Numbered from the stretch's first letter, positions 19,135 through 29,831 are shown. The stretch is 64,000 nt of DNA from Anaerolineales bacterium (GCA_034422235.1 DAOUJU010000040.1:51922-115921); one strand, 5' to 3'. A program made the numbers and translations. The notes: generated by a model from the sequence alone, not told the origin.

Positions 19135-20097
19135 CTAGATCATCCTGTCATCGCCTGGGGCTTCGTAATAGACAGCGCGCCGCGAAACCCGTAGGGCAAT
19201 GATAGTCAAAATCAGAATGATGATGAACAGGAACCAGGCTTGGGTCGAGGCATAGCCAAATCGATAGCGTCGGAAGGCATTCAGGTACAGATAGAGGACA
19301 TAGAACATGGAGGCATAGGCTGGTCCGCCAACTCCTCCACTGACAATATAGGCCGGTGTGAATACCTGGAAGGAACCGATCATGCCCGTAATGAACGTGA
19401 AGAGCACCACGGGTGAGATCATGGGCAATGTTACGTTCAGAAAACGGCGCCAGGCTCCCGCCCCATCGATACGGGCGGCTTCATACAGGGCGGTCGGAAC
19501 CCCCTGCAAACCAGCCAGATAGATCAGCATCGAAGCGCCAAAGCCCCACAGACTCATTAATACGAAGGAAGGCACGACCCAATTGGGATCGAAGAACCAG
19601 CGGGGGCCCTTCAGGCCCAACGGAATTAGGCCCTCCTCACCCACCAACAGGGCAATGACATAGTTGATAATGCCAAAACTGGGATTGAGCAACCATTGGA
19701 ACAGGAAAGCGACGGCTACACTGCCCGCCACCAGGGCGGGAATGTAATAGAGGGTTCGAAATACGCCCAGAAAGGGAACCCCTTTTTGATTCAGCAGCAA
19801 AGCCATCACCAGGGAGACGACAATACCCAAAGGCACGGCCAGCAAGGTATAAAGGCCCGAAACCTGGAGCGATTTGTAGAAAATGTCATCCGACAACAAA
19901 CGCTGGTAGTTTTCCAGATTCACCCATACGGGCGGGTCGGCCACGTTGTATTCAGTGAAACTCAGGAAGAGGGAACCCAGAATAGGCCCCCCGCGAAACA
20001 GGATCAACCCAATAATCCAGGGCGAAATAAAGAACCAGAACCAGAGAGCTTCGGTTCGCGCAAGTTTCTGTTTGGGCAAAATGGAAAACATTGCCAA
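19135..20097 (-). CDS. Carbohydrate ABC transporter permease (MalF-like)
   Basis: 320 aa. EAA loop YEAARIDGAGAWRRFLNVTLPMISPV. Confidence 0.9.
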   Translation of the reverse strand: MAMFSILPKQKLARTEALWFWFFISPWIIGLILFRGGPILGSLFLSFTEYNVADPPVWVNLENYQRLLSDDIFYKSLQVSGLYTLLAVPLGIVVSLVMALLLNQKGVPFLGVFRTLYYIPALVAGSVAVAFLFQWLLNPSFGIINYVIALLVGEEGLIPLGLKGPRWFFDPNWVVPSFVLMSLWGFGASMLIYLAGLQGVPTALYEAARIDGAGAWRRFLNVTLPMISPVVLFTFITGMIGSFQVFTPAYIVSGGVGGPAYASMFYVLYLYLNAFRRYRFGYASTQAWFLFIIILILTIIALRVSRRAVYYEAPGDDRMI

Positions 20098-20114
20098 GAC
20101 CCTGGCAGGTCAAC

Positions 20115-21449
20115 CTATTCCACAACTGTATCTACAGCAGGCTGGAGTGAAATTATAGCACCCGCCGATGAACGGACAAATAACCGCCCCCCGGCACTTA
20201 CGGGCGCACTCCGGGCCAGATCCATTTTGGCAGACCGCCAGACTTCCTGTCCCGTGGCCACATCCAGCGCCACCACATGGCTGCCACCGCCCAGACGGAT
20301 GAGGGTGTAGAGATATTCCCCGGCAAGACTGGGCAAGGAAACAAAATTCAGTGTTTCATAGTGCCAACGTCTTTCACCGGTCTGGATATCAAAGGCGGTC
20401 AAGGTACGGTTGGTCTTGCTTAGGACCAGTTCTCCCACAGCCCCTGCCGGTATCAGAGGAGCCATGTTGTGTTCCCCCCGCCACAACTGATGGCCGGTAT
20501 CTGCGTCCAAGGCAAAGAGCCAACGATCGTTGACGACGAATACGCGGTCCTGCAGCAAGACGGGGGCAAAGAATAGGGAAGGTTCAGCGCCACGAAACCG
20601 CCACTGGATCTCTCCTGTTGCCACATCCACCGCATAGGTTTGAAAGAAATCAGCCACATAGGCCATCTGCTCGTTGGCGGCTACAGAAGACGCCACTGGT
20701 TCGTCCAGATTGACTTGCCACAAGACTTCCCCTGTTTCCGGATCCAGACTAAACAGCGTGCGGGCACTCGCCACCAACAGATTTCCTTGGGCAATAACAG
20801 GCGAGGTGACATGACCGCCAATATTCTGGTACTCGCTGCCCACAGCGGGAAACTGGAATTGCCAGAGCTTGTTGCCTTTCCGGGTGTCCAGGGCAAACAG
20901 ATAGCCGGTGTCGCCGGACTCAGCCCGTACAAACACCCGTTCTTGCCATACCAGGGGAGAAAGAAAGAATCCGGGCAACTGGATGTCCCATGCTACTTCG
21001 CCTGTCTCGGCATCCAGGACATGAAGACTGGCTTCCGTATCCGCATAGAGAATACCGTCGGCATAGGAAACTGGACTGACAAATTCACCGCTATCTGGAA
21101 CCGGGATTTCCCGGTCCAGTTGTAGGGGCGGGGAGAGAGACAAGGAGGACTGGCGGGTACGTCCTGCCGTTGCTCCTTCCACGGACCAGTTGACCTCCAG
21201 ATGGGGATTCGCTGGTACCGCCATGGTGCAGCCAGTGAGGACCAAACTCACGCTTCCCAGTACCCCCACCAGGATCAGCATAGCGACACTGGCCAAAGGG
21301 CACATTTGCCTGGCACAGTACTTCATGAGAATCGATTCGGCTGACGAGAAATGACGCATAAACCTGAAACTCGCCTGGTTCCAAGCACAGACTTGTCGGG
21401 AATCCCTGGCTTTAACTGATCCTGGGATAGCGGGAACAGACTGTTGCAT
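20115..21449 (-). CDS. PQQ-like beta-propeller repeat protein (BamB-like fold), probable lipoprotein
   Basis: Repeated G-x-V-x-W motifs (GEVAWD, GNKLWQF, GEVLWQV, GEIQWRF, GHQLWRG, GERRWHY, GQEVWRS). The likely true start is the Met at 21326, giving a signal peptide ending LTGC. Confidence 0.8.
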   Translation of the reverse strand: MQQSVPAIPGSVKARDSRQVCAWNQASFRFMRHFSSAESILMKYCARQMCPLASVAMLILVGVLGSVSLVLTGCTMAVPANPHLEVNWSVEGATAGRTRQSSLSLSPPLQLDREIPVPDSGEFVSPVSYADGILYADTEASLHVLDAETGEVAWDIQLPGFFLSPLVWQERVFVRAESGDTGYLFALDTRKGNKLWQFQFPAVGSEYQNIGGHVTSPVIAQGNLLVASARTLFSLDPETGEVLWQVNLDEPVASSVAANEQMAYVADFFQTYAVDVATGEIQWRFRGAEPSLFFAPVLLQDRVFVVNDRWLFALDADTGHQLWRGEHNMAPLIPAGAVGELVLSKTNRTLTAFDIQTGERRWHYETLNFVSLPSLAGEYLYTLIRLGGGSHVVALDVATGQEVWRSAKMDLARSAPVSAGGRLFVRSSAGAIISLQPAVDTVVE

Positions 21450-21858
21450 TGTAGATCAGTCATCCACTGATGGACCTGATCCCCGATCCACCCGTCAGGA
21501 TTTGTGAGTTCCAGGCCGTTGGACCGCGGGATGGGGTCAAATCAGAAAGCTCCCGATGCCGCTTGGTCCCGGGTATTACCACGTTATGGTTCCTGATATA
21601 ATCTCCATATGCGATGTCAATCTGCTTTCGGTTGCCATACCCTCATGCTTCGGCCTCTTGTGTAAGGAATCACGGTTCTGGCCCCTTTGCTAATAGTTCT
21701 TCCTTGTTCCTCAGGTCTTCCAAAGTGGTCCCGAGAACTGAACCACCTGACTACCCCGGTTCGGCAGTCCAGTTTCGGGCCAGTTCATCTGTGCAACGGC
21801 TGGAGAAAATGATGTGCTCTACCGCTGACAGGCTCCCGCCCCCCAACCATGGATTTTC

Positions 21859-23514
21859 ATGACGTCCATTAACTCCCAAACCACACCAGTTCAAGAGTCT
21901 TTTCCTTCCCGTCCCCATCTGACCGTCGTCGATAATCTTGAGCAGCTTCTGGCCGTCTTGCCTTCCCGCCTGCAGGACGTATTGTCCCGCCAAGCCAGCA
22001 CGTCGGAACTGCTGGAAGTGGTCATGGACTTGGGTCGTGTCCCTGAAGTGCGCTACATGCATGGGGACGATCTGTTGGGCAGCAAAGAGGTAACCCTCGC
22101 CGACTTGAATTTCACGGTATCCCAGATCGGTGCTTTCGGCCGGGACAACCGGGCAGGTATTGAGCGCACCTTGCACCGTATCTCTGCGATACGCAACCGC
22201 AACGGGACCATTATTGGCCTGACCTGTCGTGTGGGACGGGCTATATCCGGTGCCATGGAGATCATCAAAGACATGATCATGAGTGGCCGCAATATCCTGC
22301 TGTTGGGTCGTCCCGGTGTAGGCAAGACCACCTTGCTGCGGGAAGCGGCACGGGTTCTGGCACAGGATCGCCGCGTGGTGATCGTGGATACCAGTAATGA
22401 AATCGCCGGGGATGGCGACATTCCCCATCCGGCTATCGGCCGAGCGCGCCGCATGCAGGTCCCGACTCCGGATCTGCAACACGCTGTGATGATTGAGGCC
22501 GTGGAAAACCACATGCCTGAAGTCATTATCATCGATGAAATTGGCCGGGAGCTGGAAGCCCTAGCCGCCCGCACGATTGCCGAAAGAGGCGTACAGCTCA
22601 TTGGCACGGCCCATGGGAATACGTTGGAAAACCTGGTGATGAACCCCACCCTCGCTGATTTGGTGGGCGGACTGGAATCCGTGACTCTATCCGATGAGGA
22701 AGCCCGCCGTCGCGGCACTCGCAAAACGGTCTTGGAACGCCGGGCCCCTCCCACGTTCGACGTCCTGATTGAAATCCAGACCCGACAGACCATGGTGATC
22801 CACCATGAAGTAGCGACTGCTGTAGACCATCTGCTCCGCGGCTGGACCCTGAAACCTGAACTACGCACGATGGGGCAGGACGGAGACATCCAGGTGGAAG
22901 ACGAGATTGAGCACACGCCATCGGAACAGTTCTACCGTACGGCGGGCATCAAAATGCCTGCCAGCACGGAAGTGTCCATTGATGAGGATGCCTTTCATGA
23001 ACAGGCTCGTATCCAGGCTCGACAAGGCTTGCGGGGCCAAAGCAACGGCCGTACCCCCCTTTGTATCTACACTTTCGGCATTGGCCAGAGCAAGCTGAAA
23101 GCTTCGGCCAAGAGCCTGAATGTGCCTATTGCCTTTGTTTCCAGCCTGGACGAAGCGGATGTGGTCGTCACGCTCAAGAACTATTACCGCAGACAGGCGC
23201 AGGCCCTGCATTTTGCCGAACGGCAGAATATCCCGGTCTATGTGCTGCGTAACAATACAACAGCCCAAATGGAGCGCATGCTGGTGGATCTTGTGCCGCT
23301 GGACGACCTGAAGGCCGATCCCTACGAAGCTGCGATCAGGGAAGTCAAGGCTGCCATTCAGAAAATTGACCGAGGGACTGAATCCGTGGAACTGGCGCCC
23401 CAACCTTCCACCGTGCGTAGCCAGCAGCATCAATTGGCTCGGGCCGCGCAACTCGTGAGTCACAGTCTGGGGCGAGAACCCTATCGCCGGGTGAAAATAT
23501 CGCGTCAGACATAG
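21859..23514 (+). CDS. SpoIIIAA/Ycf45-like AAA ATPase with C-terminal R3H domain
   Basis: 551 aa. Walker A GRPGVGKTT; VIVDTSNEIAGDGDIPHPAIGRARRM; Walker B VIIIDEIG. C-terminal R3H-like segment RSQQHQLA...SHSLGREPYRRVKI. Confidence 0.85.
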   Translation: MTSINSQTTPVQESFPSRPHLTVVDNLEQLLAVLPSRLQDVLSRQASTSELLEVVMDLGRVPEVRYMHGDDLLGSKEVTLADLNFTVSQIGAFGRDNRAGIERTLHRISAIRNRNGTIIGLTCRVGRAISGAMEIIKDMIMSGRNILLLGRPGVGKTTLLREAARVLAQDRRVVIVDTSNEIAGDGDIPHPAIGRARRMQVPTPDLQHAVMIEAVENHMPEVIIIDEIGRELEALAARTIAERGVQLIGTAHGNTLENLVMNPTLADLVGGLESVTLSDEEARRRGTRKTVLERRAPPTFDVLIEIQTRQTMVIHHEVATAVDHLLRGWTLKPELRTMGQDGDIQVEDEIEHTPSEQFYRTAGIKMPASTEVSIDEDAFHEQARIQARQGLRGQSNGRTPLCIYTFGIGQSKLKASAKSLNVPIAFVSSLDEADVVVTLKNYYRRQAQALHFAERQNIPVYVLRNNTTAQMERMLVDLVPLDDLKADPYEAAIREVKAAIQKIDRGTESVELAPQPSTVRSQQHQLARAAQLVSHSLGREPYRRVKISRQT

Positions 23515-23516
23515 TC

Positions 23517-24182
23517 ATGTCCCATTTCATCACCTTCGAAGGTCCGGAAGGCAGTGGGAAAACCACTCAGATGGCTCTCTTGCAGAAAGCGCTGGTCCGG
23601 GAAGGTCTGGATGTGATGGCCTTGCGGGAACCTGGTGGTACTACGGTAGGAGAGGCCATACGCCAGTTGTTGCTTGACCGCGCCGATTTGGATCTGCATC
23701 CCCGTACCGAAACCCTTATGTTCAATGCGGCCCGGGCCCAGTTGGTGGAACAGGTAATCCGTCCTGCATTGGCCCAGGGCCAAATGGTGCTCTGCGACCG
23801 ATTTGCCGACAGCACCCTGGCCTATCAGGGCTTCGGTCATGGCCAGTCCCTGTCGGCATTGAAGCCCCTGATTACCTATGCTACAGCTGGCCTGGAACCC
23901 GCACTGCGCATTTATCTCAATCTGCCCCCGGCGGCAGGTTTGCAACGGGCTCAACAGGGACAGTCGGCACACAGTACAACCCATCCCCGAGAATGGAACC
24001 GTCTGGATGCCAAGGATTTGGCTTACCACAATGCGGTATATGCTGGTTACCAGGAACTGATGAAACGGAACCCCAGGGGATGGCACGAAGTGGATGCCCT
24101 GCAGGCTCCCGATCACATTCATGAGGAAATCCTGGAGACAGTACACAGTCTAATCCAGCAACAAGGAAGGATACAGGCATGA
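23517..24182 (+). CDS. tmk: dTMP (thymidylate) kinase
   Basis: FITFEGPEGSGKTTQ P-loop, DRFADSTLAYQG and LID-region features. Confidence 0.93.
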   Translation: MSHFITFEGPEGSGKTTQMALLQKALVREGLDVMALREPGGTTVGEAIRQLLLDRADLDLHPRTETLMFNAARAQLVEQVIRPALAQGQMVLCDRFADSTLAYQGFGHGQSLSALKPLITYATAGLEPALRIYLNLPPAAGLQRAQQGQSAHSTTHPREWNRLDAKDLAYHNAVYAGYQELMKRNPRGWHEVDALQAPDHIHEEILETVHSLIQQQGRIQA

Positions 24183-24508
24183 AGATGGTTATGGCTGTTG
24201 TCCGGTACCAGGACAGCAGTGCCTTGCTCGATCGCCTGACACAGAAAGGGTTCGCCGCCACCCTCACCAATTCAAGAGGCGGGTATACCCATGAGGGGAA
24301 TGCCACCATCTTTTGTGGCATTGAAGACGAATGGGTAGAGGAGGTCCTGAGTCTGATCCGGGAAACCTGCCGCACCCGCACCCAGTACGTCACGCCTCTG
24401 CCGCCGGTGATGGAATTAGGGGAACTACATCTGCCTGATCCGGTGGAGAAACACTTGGGCGGGGCCACCATTTTTGTCATGCCGGTCGACCATTTTGAAC
24501 AGATCTGA
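24179..24508 (+). CDS. darA: PII-like cyclic-di-AMP receptor (DarA/PstA, DUF970)
   Basis: 109 aa. MKMVMAVVRYQD..LLDRLTQKGFAATLTNSRGG...GGATIFVMPVDHFEQI. ATGA overlap with tmk. tmk-darA synteny is known in Firmicutes. Confidence 0.8.
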   Translation: MKMVMAVVRYQDSSALLDRLTQKGFAATLTNSRGGYTHEGNATIFCGIEDEWVEEVLSLIRETCRTRTQYVTPLPPVMELGELHLPDPVEKHLGGATIFVMPVDHFEQI

Positions 24509-24634
24509 GCCGGGCTCTTGGGCCTTGAACCCCCCGTTGTTCCCCTTTAGTCCGGGAAACATACATCCCAGAAAAAAGAAACCGGCACCTCCGCAAATTG
24601 GTTTTACCGAGAACGTGAATCTACAATTTGGCTC

Positions 24635-25303
24635 ATGTCACACGTAAACTCCAGGAAACCTCAAACCTTGCAGGATTTGGATACAAACCAAATATACGAA
24701 TGCGTCGCCAACCCGCGACCGGTACTGGTGGTACTGTCCGGGCCCAGCGGAGTCGGCAAAGACACCACCTTGTCAGCCATGAAAGCCAAGATTCCCTATA
24801 TTTACTTTGTGGTTACGGCCACGACACGCCCGATCCGGGAAGGTGAAGTAGACGGGGTAGACTATCATTTTGTGAGCAAATCGCGCTTTGCTGACATGAT
24901 TGAACAGGACGAACTCCTGGAATATGCCATTGTGTATGGGGACTACAAAGGCATCCCCAAGGCCCAGGTACAGGAGGCACTTGCCAGTGGCAGGGACGTG
25001 GTATTGCGGATCGATGTCCAGGGAGCTGAGACCATTCGCAAGCTCATTCCGGAGGCAATCACCATTTTCCTGACTGCCCCCACCGAGGAGGAGCTAGTCA
25101 GGCGCTTGCGGGAACGCAAGACTGACCCACCGGGCCAGCTTAAGCTGCGTATTGCCATGGCCCGTCAGGAAATGAAACGCATTAATGAGTTCCAGTATGT
25201 TGTTATCAATCGCGATAATGAACTCAACGAAACAGTAGATCAGGTCCACAGCATCATTAAGGCGGAGAAGAGCCGATACAACTGGTCCATGGTGTCCATA
25301 TAG
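24635..25303 (+). CDS. gmk: Guanylate kinase
   Basis: VLSGPSGVGKDT P-loop, TTRPIREGEVDGVDYHFV, and GDYKGIP. Confidence 0.93.
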   Translation: MSHVNSRKPQTLQDLDTNQIYECVANPRPVLVVLSGPSGVGKDTTLSAMKAKIPYIYFVVTATTRPIREGEVDGVDYHFVSKSRFADMIEQDELLEYAIVYGDYKGIPKAQVQEALASGRDVVLRIDVQGAETIRKLIPEAITIFLTAPTEEELVRRLRERKTDPPGQLKLRIAMARQEMKRINEFQYVVINRDNELNETVDQVHSIIKAEKSRYNWSMVSI

Positions 25304-25448
25304 AACTTTGCCATCCACTTGAGACAGTACGGCCTGGAACCCTTTCCAAGGCACAACTTACGGCCCTACCATTTGTTATACACTTCACAACGGTACCCCT
25401 ATCCCCTGCATCCCCGCCTACGATCCATACTCCCGTCGTCACCCTCCA

Positions 25449-27251
25449 TTGAATACCCAGTCCTGTCCCCATCCTGACTCCGGCGTGCAGGTGGCGGCAT
25501 CAAGTCATGGAACCCGCATGACATCACCTGTAGCCATAAGGAATGCCATGAAAGCCCTGTCCCCACTATCCCGTTACCTGTCCATTTGGCTTCCGCATGC
25601 GGCGAACCGCCACATTCTTGGGCTCGCAGCCGTCATGCTTCTCCTGTGGCCTACTTTATCCGTTGCCCAGGAACAGCATGAGGATTTCACCCTAGTGCCT
25701 GAAGTCGTGCTGGGAGAAATTCGGGCCTTGGATTTGCTGGCGACAGAAGAGACCTCATTTTCCTTTGTTGTCACCGAAGTAGGACGATACCGCCTGACTC
25801 CGGGCATTCTTCCCCCTTCCGACGACGTTCACGTTACTGTCACTGCGGCCGGTGGCACCCGTCTCTTCGCCAATCCTTTAACGACTGTGGATCTGACCTT
25901 GCTGCCCGGTACCTATGAGCTCACTTTCAGGGCCCTGGACGACGCCACTTTCGACTTTGCCATGGTGCGCCACTTCGGCGGCTATTCCGTCAATCCGGCG
26001 GCGGTAAGGGTAATTTATCCCGGACATCACTTGGCATCACGGGCAACTGGGCAATCCCAACTCTATGCCAAGATTCAGGTACCCCAGCAAGTAGAAGCCC
26101 AGGAATGGTTTGTCGTATTGGAGTATGAGAGTGACACCCCCCTGTCTCTTACCTTGACGGGACCGGACCTGTCATTGGAACAGCAGGTGCAGGGCACCCA
26201 TAGACTCAATTTCTGGTCATCCGGAAACGAGTACCTGCTCCACCTGGATCTGGGTTCCATTGAAGAGGCCATATCGCCTGCTCTCACCTTCATTCATCCT
26301 GGAGAACAGGAATTAACACCGATCTATCTTAACTCCACGGTTGAGGGAGCCATGTCCCTCAACCGCAATTCCATGCACTATCGGCTGACCATGGACGATG
26401 GCTTTGTGACTGCCTGGCACCTGACCTCCGATTACAACGGAGATCTGGATCTGTCTATTCATCCGTTGGACCAACCCCATAAGACGGTAACCCGCAGTGC
26501 CTCCCCCTTACCCACGGAAACCATTTCCGATCTGCTCCTGGTACCTGATACCTATCTCATCACCGTGACACGAACCTCCGGTGAAGGCGATGCTCTGTTT
26601 GCCCTGGAACTGCATGTGGTCCCCGTCAACACTTATGAACACACACCCGGGCAACCCACCGTCGCCGCTCAAGGTGAGGATAGTGTGCTGGACCTGCACG
26701 GCTTCCAGGTATCAGCACCGGGCCAGCAGGTTTCGCTGGTGCTGCGGGAACCGGCCTCCACAGTAGAACAGGTGTTTGTCTTCGGGCGTCAATTGGAAAC
26801 CTGGGAATTTCTGACGCCAAACGAGATCCAGTTTGTCGCACCTGAGGCAGGCCTCTATTTTGTCGGCATCAAGACCCTCTACGGCTATGGTCGCTACTCC
26901 CTGCAAATCACTACGGACACGGTTTTGCCCCAGCTTCCCGTCACAGGAGTCGTGGCCGGCACTATTGAACCCGGTCAACAACAGCAATATCGATATGCGA
27001 TTCCGGAAGAATCCGGCCTGATCTCTTTTGTACTGGTTTCCCTGGGAGAGGCTGACCTTGATCTGGAGACAAATCAGTACGATCCGGAGGAACATCAGCT
27101 CAGATACAAGACCAGTTCAATCGACCAGACGGTTGAAACCGTAGCGTGGTATGATCCAGGATCAGGGTACATCATGGTCAATGTGCAGAGTTTCGGGTCA
27201 CAGACAACCGACTATCTGCTGGTTGTCCGCACCCAAGCACTGGATCCATGA
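25449..27251 (+). CDS. Secreted protein built from repeated PPC (pre-peptidase C-terminal)-like beta-sandwich modules; no catalytic domain seen
   Basis: The probable start is the Met at 25518 or 25548, giving a signal peptide (LLLWPTLSVAQE). Recurrent pattern Y-R/Y-x...DLDL...Y-L/I-x-V (e.g. GDLDLSIHPL..DTYLITV; EADLDLETNQY..GYIMVNV..DYLLVV). Confidence 0.55.
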   Translation: MNTQSCPHPDSGVQVAASSHGTRMTSPVAIRNAMKALSPLSRYLSIWLPHAANRHILGLAAVMLLLWPTLSVAQEQHEDFTLVPEVVLGEIRALDLLATEETSFSFVVTEVGRYRLTPGILPPSDDVHVTVTAAGGTRLFANPLTTVDLTLLPGTYELTFRALDDATFDFAMVRHFGGYSVNPAAVRVIYPGHHLASRATGQSQLYAKIQVPQQVEAQEWFVVLEYESDTPLSLTLTGPDLSLEQQVQGTHRLNFWSSGNEYLLHLDLGSIEEAISPALTFIHPGEQELTPIYLNSTVEGAMSLNRNSMHYRLTMDDGFVTAWHLTSDYNGDLDLSIHPLDQPHKTVTRSASPLPTETISDLLLVPDTYLITVTRTSGEGDALFALELHVVPVNTYEHTPGQPTVAAQGEDSVLDLHGFQVSAPGQQVSLVLREPASTVEQVFVFGRQLETWEFLTPNEIQFVAPEAGLYFVGIKTLYGYGRYSLQITTDTVLPQLPVTGVVAGTIEPGQQQQYRYAIPEESGLISFVLVSLGEADLDLETNQYDPEEHQLRYKTSSIDQTVETVAWYDPGSGYIMVNVQSFGSQTTDYLLVVRTQALDP

Positions 27252-27366
27252 TCCCGGTAACATAGCCCATACCTCCGGTGTCATCGCCATTGTCACTCTA
27301 GATCGACGTGATCCTGAGCTGGTTCCACCCGGCTTGCCGGTGAAGTGAAGCCAACAGGAATAGACC

Positions 27367-28101
27367 ATGCACGACGCACAGGCACAAAACGCAGGTCCAT
27401 GTCTGGCCTATGTGGATGCGGTCATGGATAGCCACAAGGCCAGCGAGGCGCTCAGGATTCTGCAGAGCAATCTGCAGATGTGGCATCGCAGCGGGGTGAC
27501 GCCCCTCTGGCTGAATTCGTTTCTCAGTCATGCGGGAGCCCGAGTGGTGTGTCTCGTGCAGGATTTCCCCAAATTCAACAGCTTGGTTCTCGACGAAATC
27601 CGCTGTGTCGAAGGGGTGCGGGAAACCCGTACGACCTTCAGTTTTGATGGCATTGCCAACGTTGATCTGCTTCTGGATCTGGAAATGGAGATTCCGCCCC
27701 ACACCGACATCGCTTCCTGTCATCTCAATATACGGGTAGCGCCGGGTGTGGACCGGCAGGTTCTGGACGCCGTAGCCCGACTCCCCCAGAGCGGCATCGT
27801 CCGGGTGATGTGGGCTCTTACCACCTATTCCAGTTTCGGGGGCGATATTGCCATGCTCCTGCTGGGACCCGGCAGCAGCCATATATCCGATTACATCAGA
27901 GACCATATCCGGAGTATCGAAGGTGTGATCGATACGGATGCCGACGAAATTATTGAGTGGATCTGGATGGCGGAACCGGCGGCCATCATCGCCCTGTGTG
28001 AAATGTTCTTTCGGGCTGAAGAGGAAGAGGAAGAGCTGGACAACTGGGATGACTCCCTGTTTCAGGACGAAGAATCCTGGGATGCTGATTCCTGGTCCTG
28101 A
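27367..28101 (+). CDS. Protein with two Lrp/AsnC-type RAM (ligand-binding) domain-like halves and an acidic tail; no HTH
   Basis: 244 aa. Two copies of the pattern xxI(R)x(V/I)EGVxxT (DEIRCVEGVRETRT; DHIRSIEGVIDTDA). C-terminus EEEEEELDNWDDSLFQDEESWDADSW. Confidence 0.45.
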   Translation: MHDAQAQNAGPCLAYVDAVMDSHKASEALRILQSNLQMWHRSGVTPLWLNSFLSHAGARVVCLVQDFPKFNSLVLDEIRCVEGVRETRTTFSFDGIANVDLLLDLEMEIPPHTDIASCHLNIRVAPGVDRQVLDAVARLPQSGIVRVMWALTTYSSFGGDIAMLLLGPGSSHISDYIRDHIRSIEGVIDTDADEIIEWIWMAEPAAIIALCEMFFRAEEEEEELDNWDDSLFQDEESWDADSWS

Positions 28102-28113
28102 TACTTCACTCGT

Positions 28114-28764
28114 TCAGTGACAAACGTCCCACTGCTGCGCCACGAAGTCGTGGACCTCAGCCCGAAAACGTCCCCAGTACCGCCAGTAGGGATCCTCCAA
28201 CGTCCGTAGTTCCGTTGCCACATCGGCTAGACGATTGGGTGTTTGCCAGCGCCAGCCAGCGATCTCCTCCGTCTGATCCTGGGGTTCCAGTTGCGCTTGC
28301 CGTGGTGCCTCAATCACAAAGACAAACGAGCAGAAAGGCACAGGTTGGCTTCGCTTGGGGTGTTGGAACTGGTAGGTGACCAAACCCAGGAACGCCTCGA
28401 TCCGCGCTTCGTCATGCTGGCGGAATTCATCCTCCGGTGCCACGTGAATGCCGGTTTCTTCCTGGACTTCGCGGCAGAGAGTCAACACCGGATCTTCGCC
28501 GGGCTGGATACCCCCCGTGGGCAAACGAAATCCGCCCGGCGGATAGTATTGCTTCGTATGTAGCAGGAGGCCCTGGCTGGGTTCTCCCCGAAACAGCACA
28601 TAGCAGATTTCTCCCAGGCGGCCATCACCGATCAACGTCTGGCGGTGACCGGTCAGAAAGGGATCATCGACATCCAGTACCACGTCCGTGCGCTGTGCTT
28701 TGGGCCAGCTCATCTGGAGAGAGTCAAACAGATCCTGAACGGGATCGACGGCTGCGGACCGCAT
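28114..28764 (-). CDS. NUDIX hydrolase
   Basis: Nudix box GGIQPGEDPVLTLCREVQEETGI (GX5EX7REUXEEXGU). Confidence 0.85.
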   Translation of the reverse strand: MRSAAVDPVQDLFDSLQMSWPKAQRTDVVLDVDDPFLTGHRQTLIGDGRLGEICYVLFRGEPSQGLLLHTKQYYPPGGFRLPTGGIQPGEDPVLTLCREVQEETGIHVAPEDEFRQHDEARIEAFLGLVTYQFQHPKRSQPVPFCSFVFVIEAPRQAQLEPQDQTEEIAGWRWQTPNRLADVATELRTLEDPYWRYWGRFRAEVHDFVAQQWDVCH

Positions 28765-28784
28765 GGCGGATTGGGAATATACAG

Positions 28785-29813
28785 TTAACGGGCAAGGCGG
28801 AGTTGCGGATCCATCGCATCCCGCAAGCCATCACCCAACAGATAGAGAGAGAGAACCGTAAGGAAAATCAGGACACCCGGGGGAAATATCAAGTGCCAGG
28901 CCACATATGACTTGGTGACTTCATCCTGCAGAAACAGAAAATTCTGGGAATTCGCCAGCATGTTGCCCCAGGTAGCATGTGGGGGTTGCACGCCGAATCC
29001 CAGAAAACTCAGTATGGACTCGGTCAAAATCAAGCCACCAATGTCTACCGTAATCAGCACAATGATCAACGGGATGGTATTGGGCATGATGTGAAACCAC
29101 ATAATTCGGAAATGCGTCGCGCCTAGCGCACGGGCGGCCAGCGTATAATCCAGGGCTTTGATCTGCAATACCTGCCCCCGCATGAAACGGGCAGCCCCAA
29201 TCCAGCCGAAAAAACCGAGAAACAGGGTAAGCATAATCGCATTGGGTCTGTAGATGGCGGCAATCAGAATCAGCACGAACAAAGTGGGCAAGGCACTGAA
29301 GGTTGTGATCAGCCACATAATCAGATCATCTACCCGGCCGCCAAAGAAGCCCGCGGTCATGCCCACGGCACCACCCAGAATGAAGGCAATGGCAGCCGCA
29401 CAGAAGGCAATCAACATGCTGATCCGGGCCCCGTACAACAGCCGCACGAATTGATCCCGTCCCAGGCTATCTGTCCCCAGCCAATGGGTCACGCCTCCTG
29501 AGATATCGAGTAACTGCCTGGTCATCGTGTCATCGCGATCCAAAAGGGACTGCCACGCATGGATGACATACGGTGGCTGCAGCGTAGCTTCCAGATTGGT
29601 ACTATTGGGATCTTTGCCCACCAGCACCGCACTCAGGGGTTCGGCCCAAAGAGCCGCCAGCGCGACCAGCAGCAGGAAGGCACAGGCTACCAGAGACAGT
29701 GGATCCTGGCGCAAACGCTCCAGTGTCAACCTCAGGAATGACCGTGTCTTGTACGTGCTGATTTCCGGCTGGGACGGCTCGGTAGCCAGAGCCTCCAGTA
29801 ATACGGGCATCAT
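28785..29813 (-). CDS. ABC transporter permease, OppC/DppC-like
   Basis: 342 aa. Periplasmic N-terminal region followed by HWLGTDSLGRDQFVRLLYGARIS, a hallmark OppC motif. Confidence 0.9.
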   Translation of the reverse strand: MMPVLLEALATEPSQPEISTYKTRSFLRLTLERLRQDPLSLVACAFLLLVALAALWAEPLSAVLVGKDPNSTNLEATLQPPYVIHAWQSLLDRDDTMTRQLLDISGGVTHWLGTDSLGRDQFVRLLYGARISMLIAFCAAAIAFILGGAVGMTAGFFGGRVDDLIMWLITTFSALPTLFVLILIAAIYRPNAIMLTLFLGFFGWIGAARFMRGQVLQIKALDYTLAARALGATHFRIMWFHIMPNTIPLIIVLITVDIGGLILTESILSFLGFGVQPPHATWGNMLANSQNFLFLQDEVTKSYVAWHLIFPPGVLIFLTVLSLYLLGDGLRDAMDPQLRLAR

Positions 29814-29831
29814 CAGGCGGCGACCCCTGAA

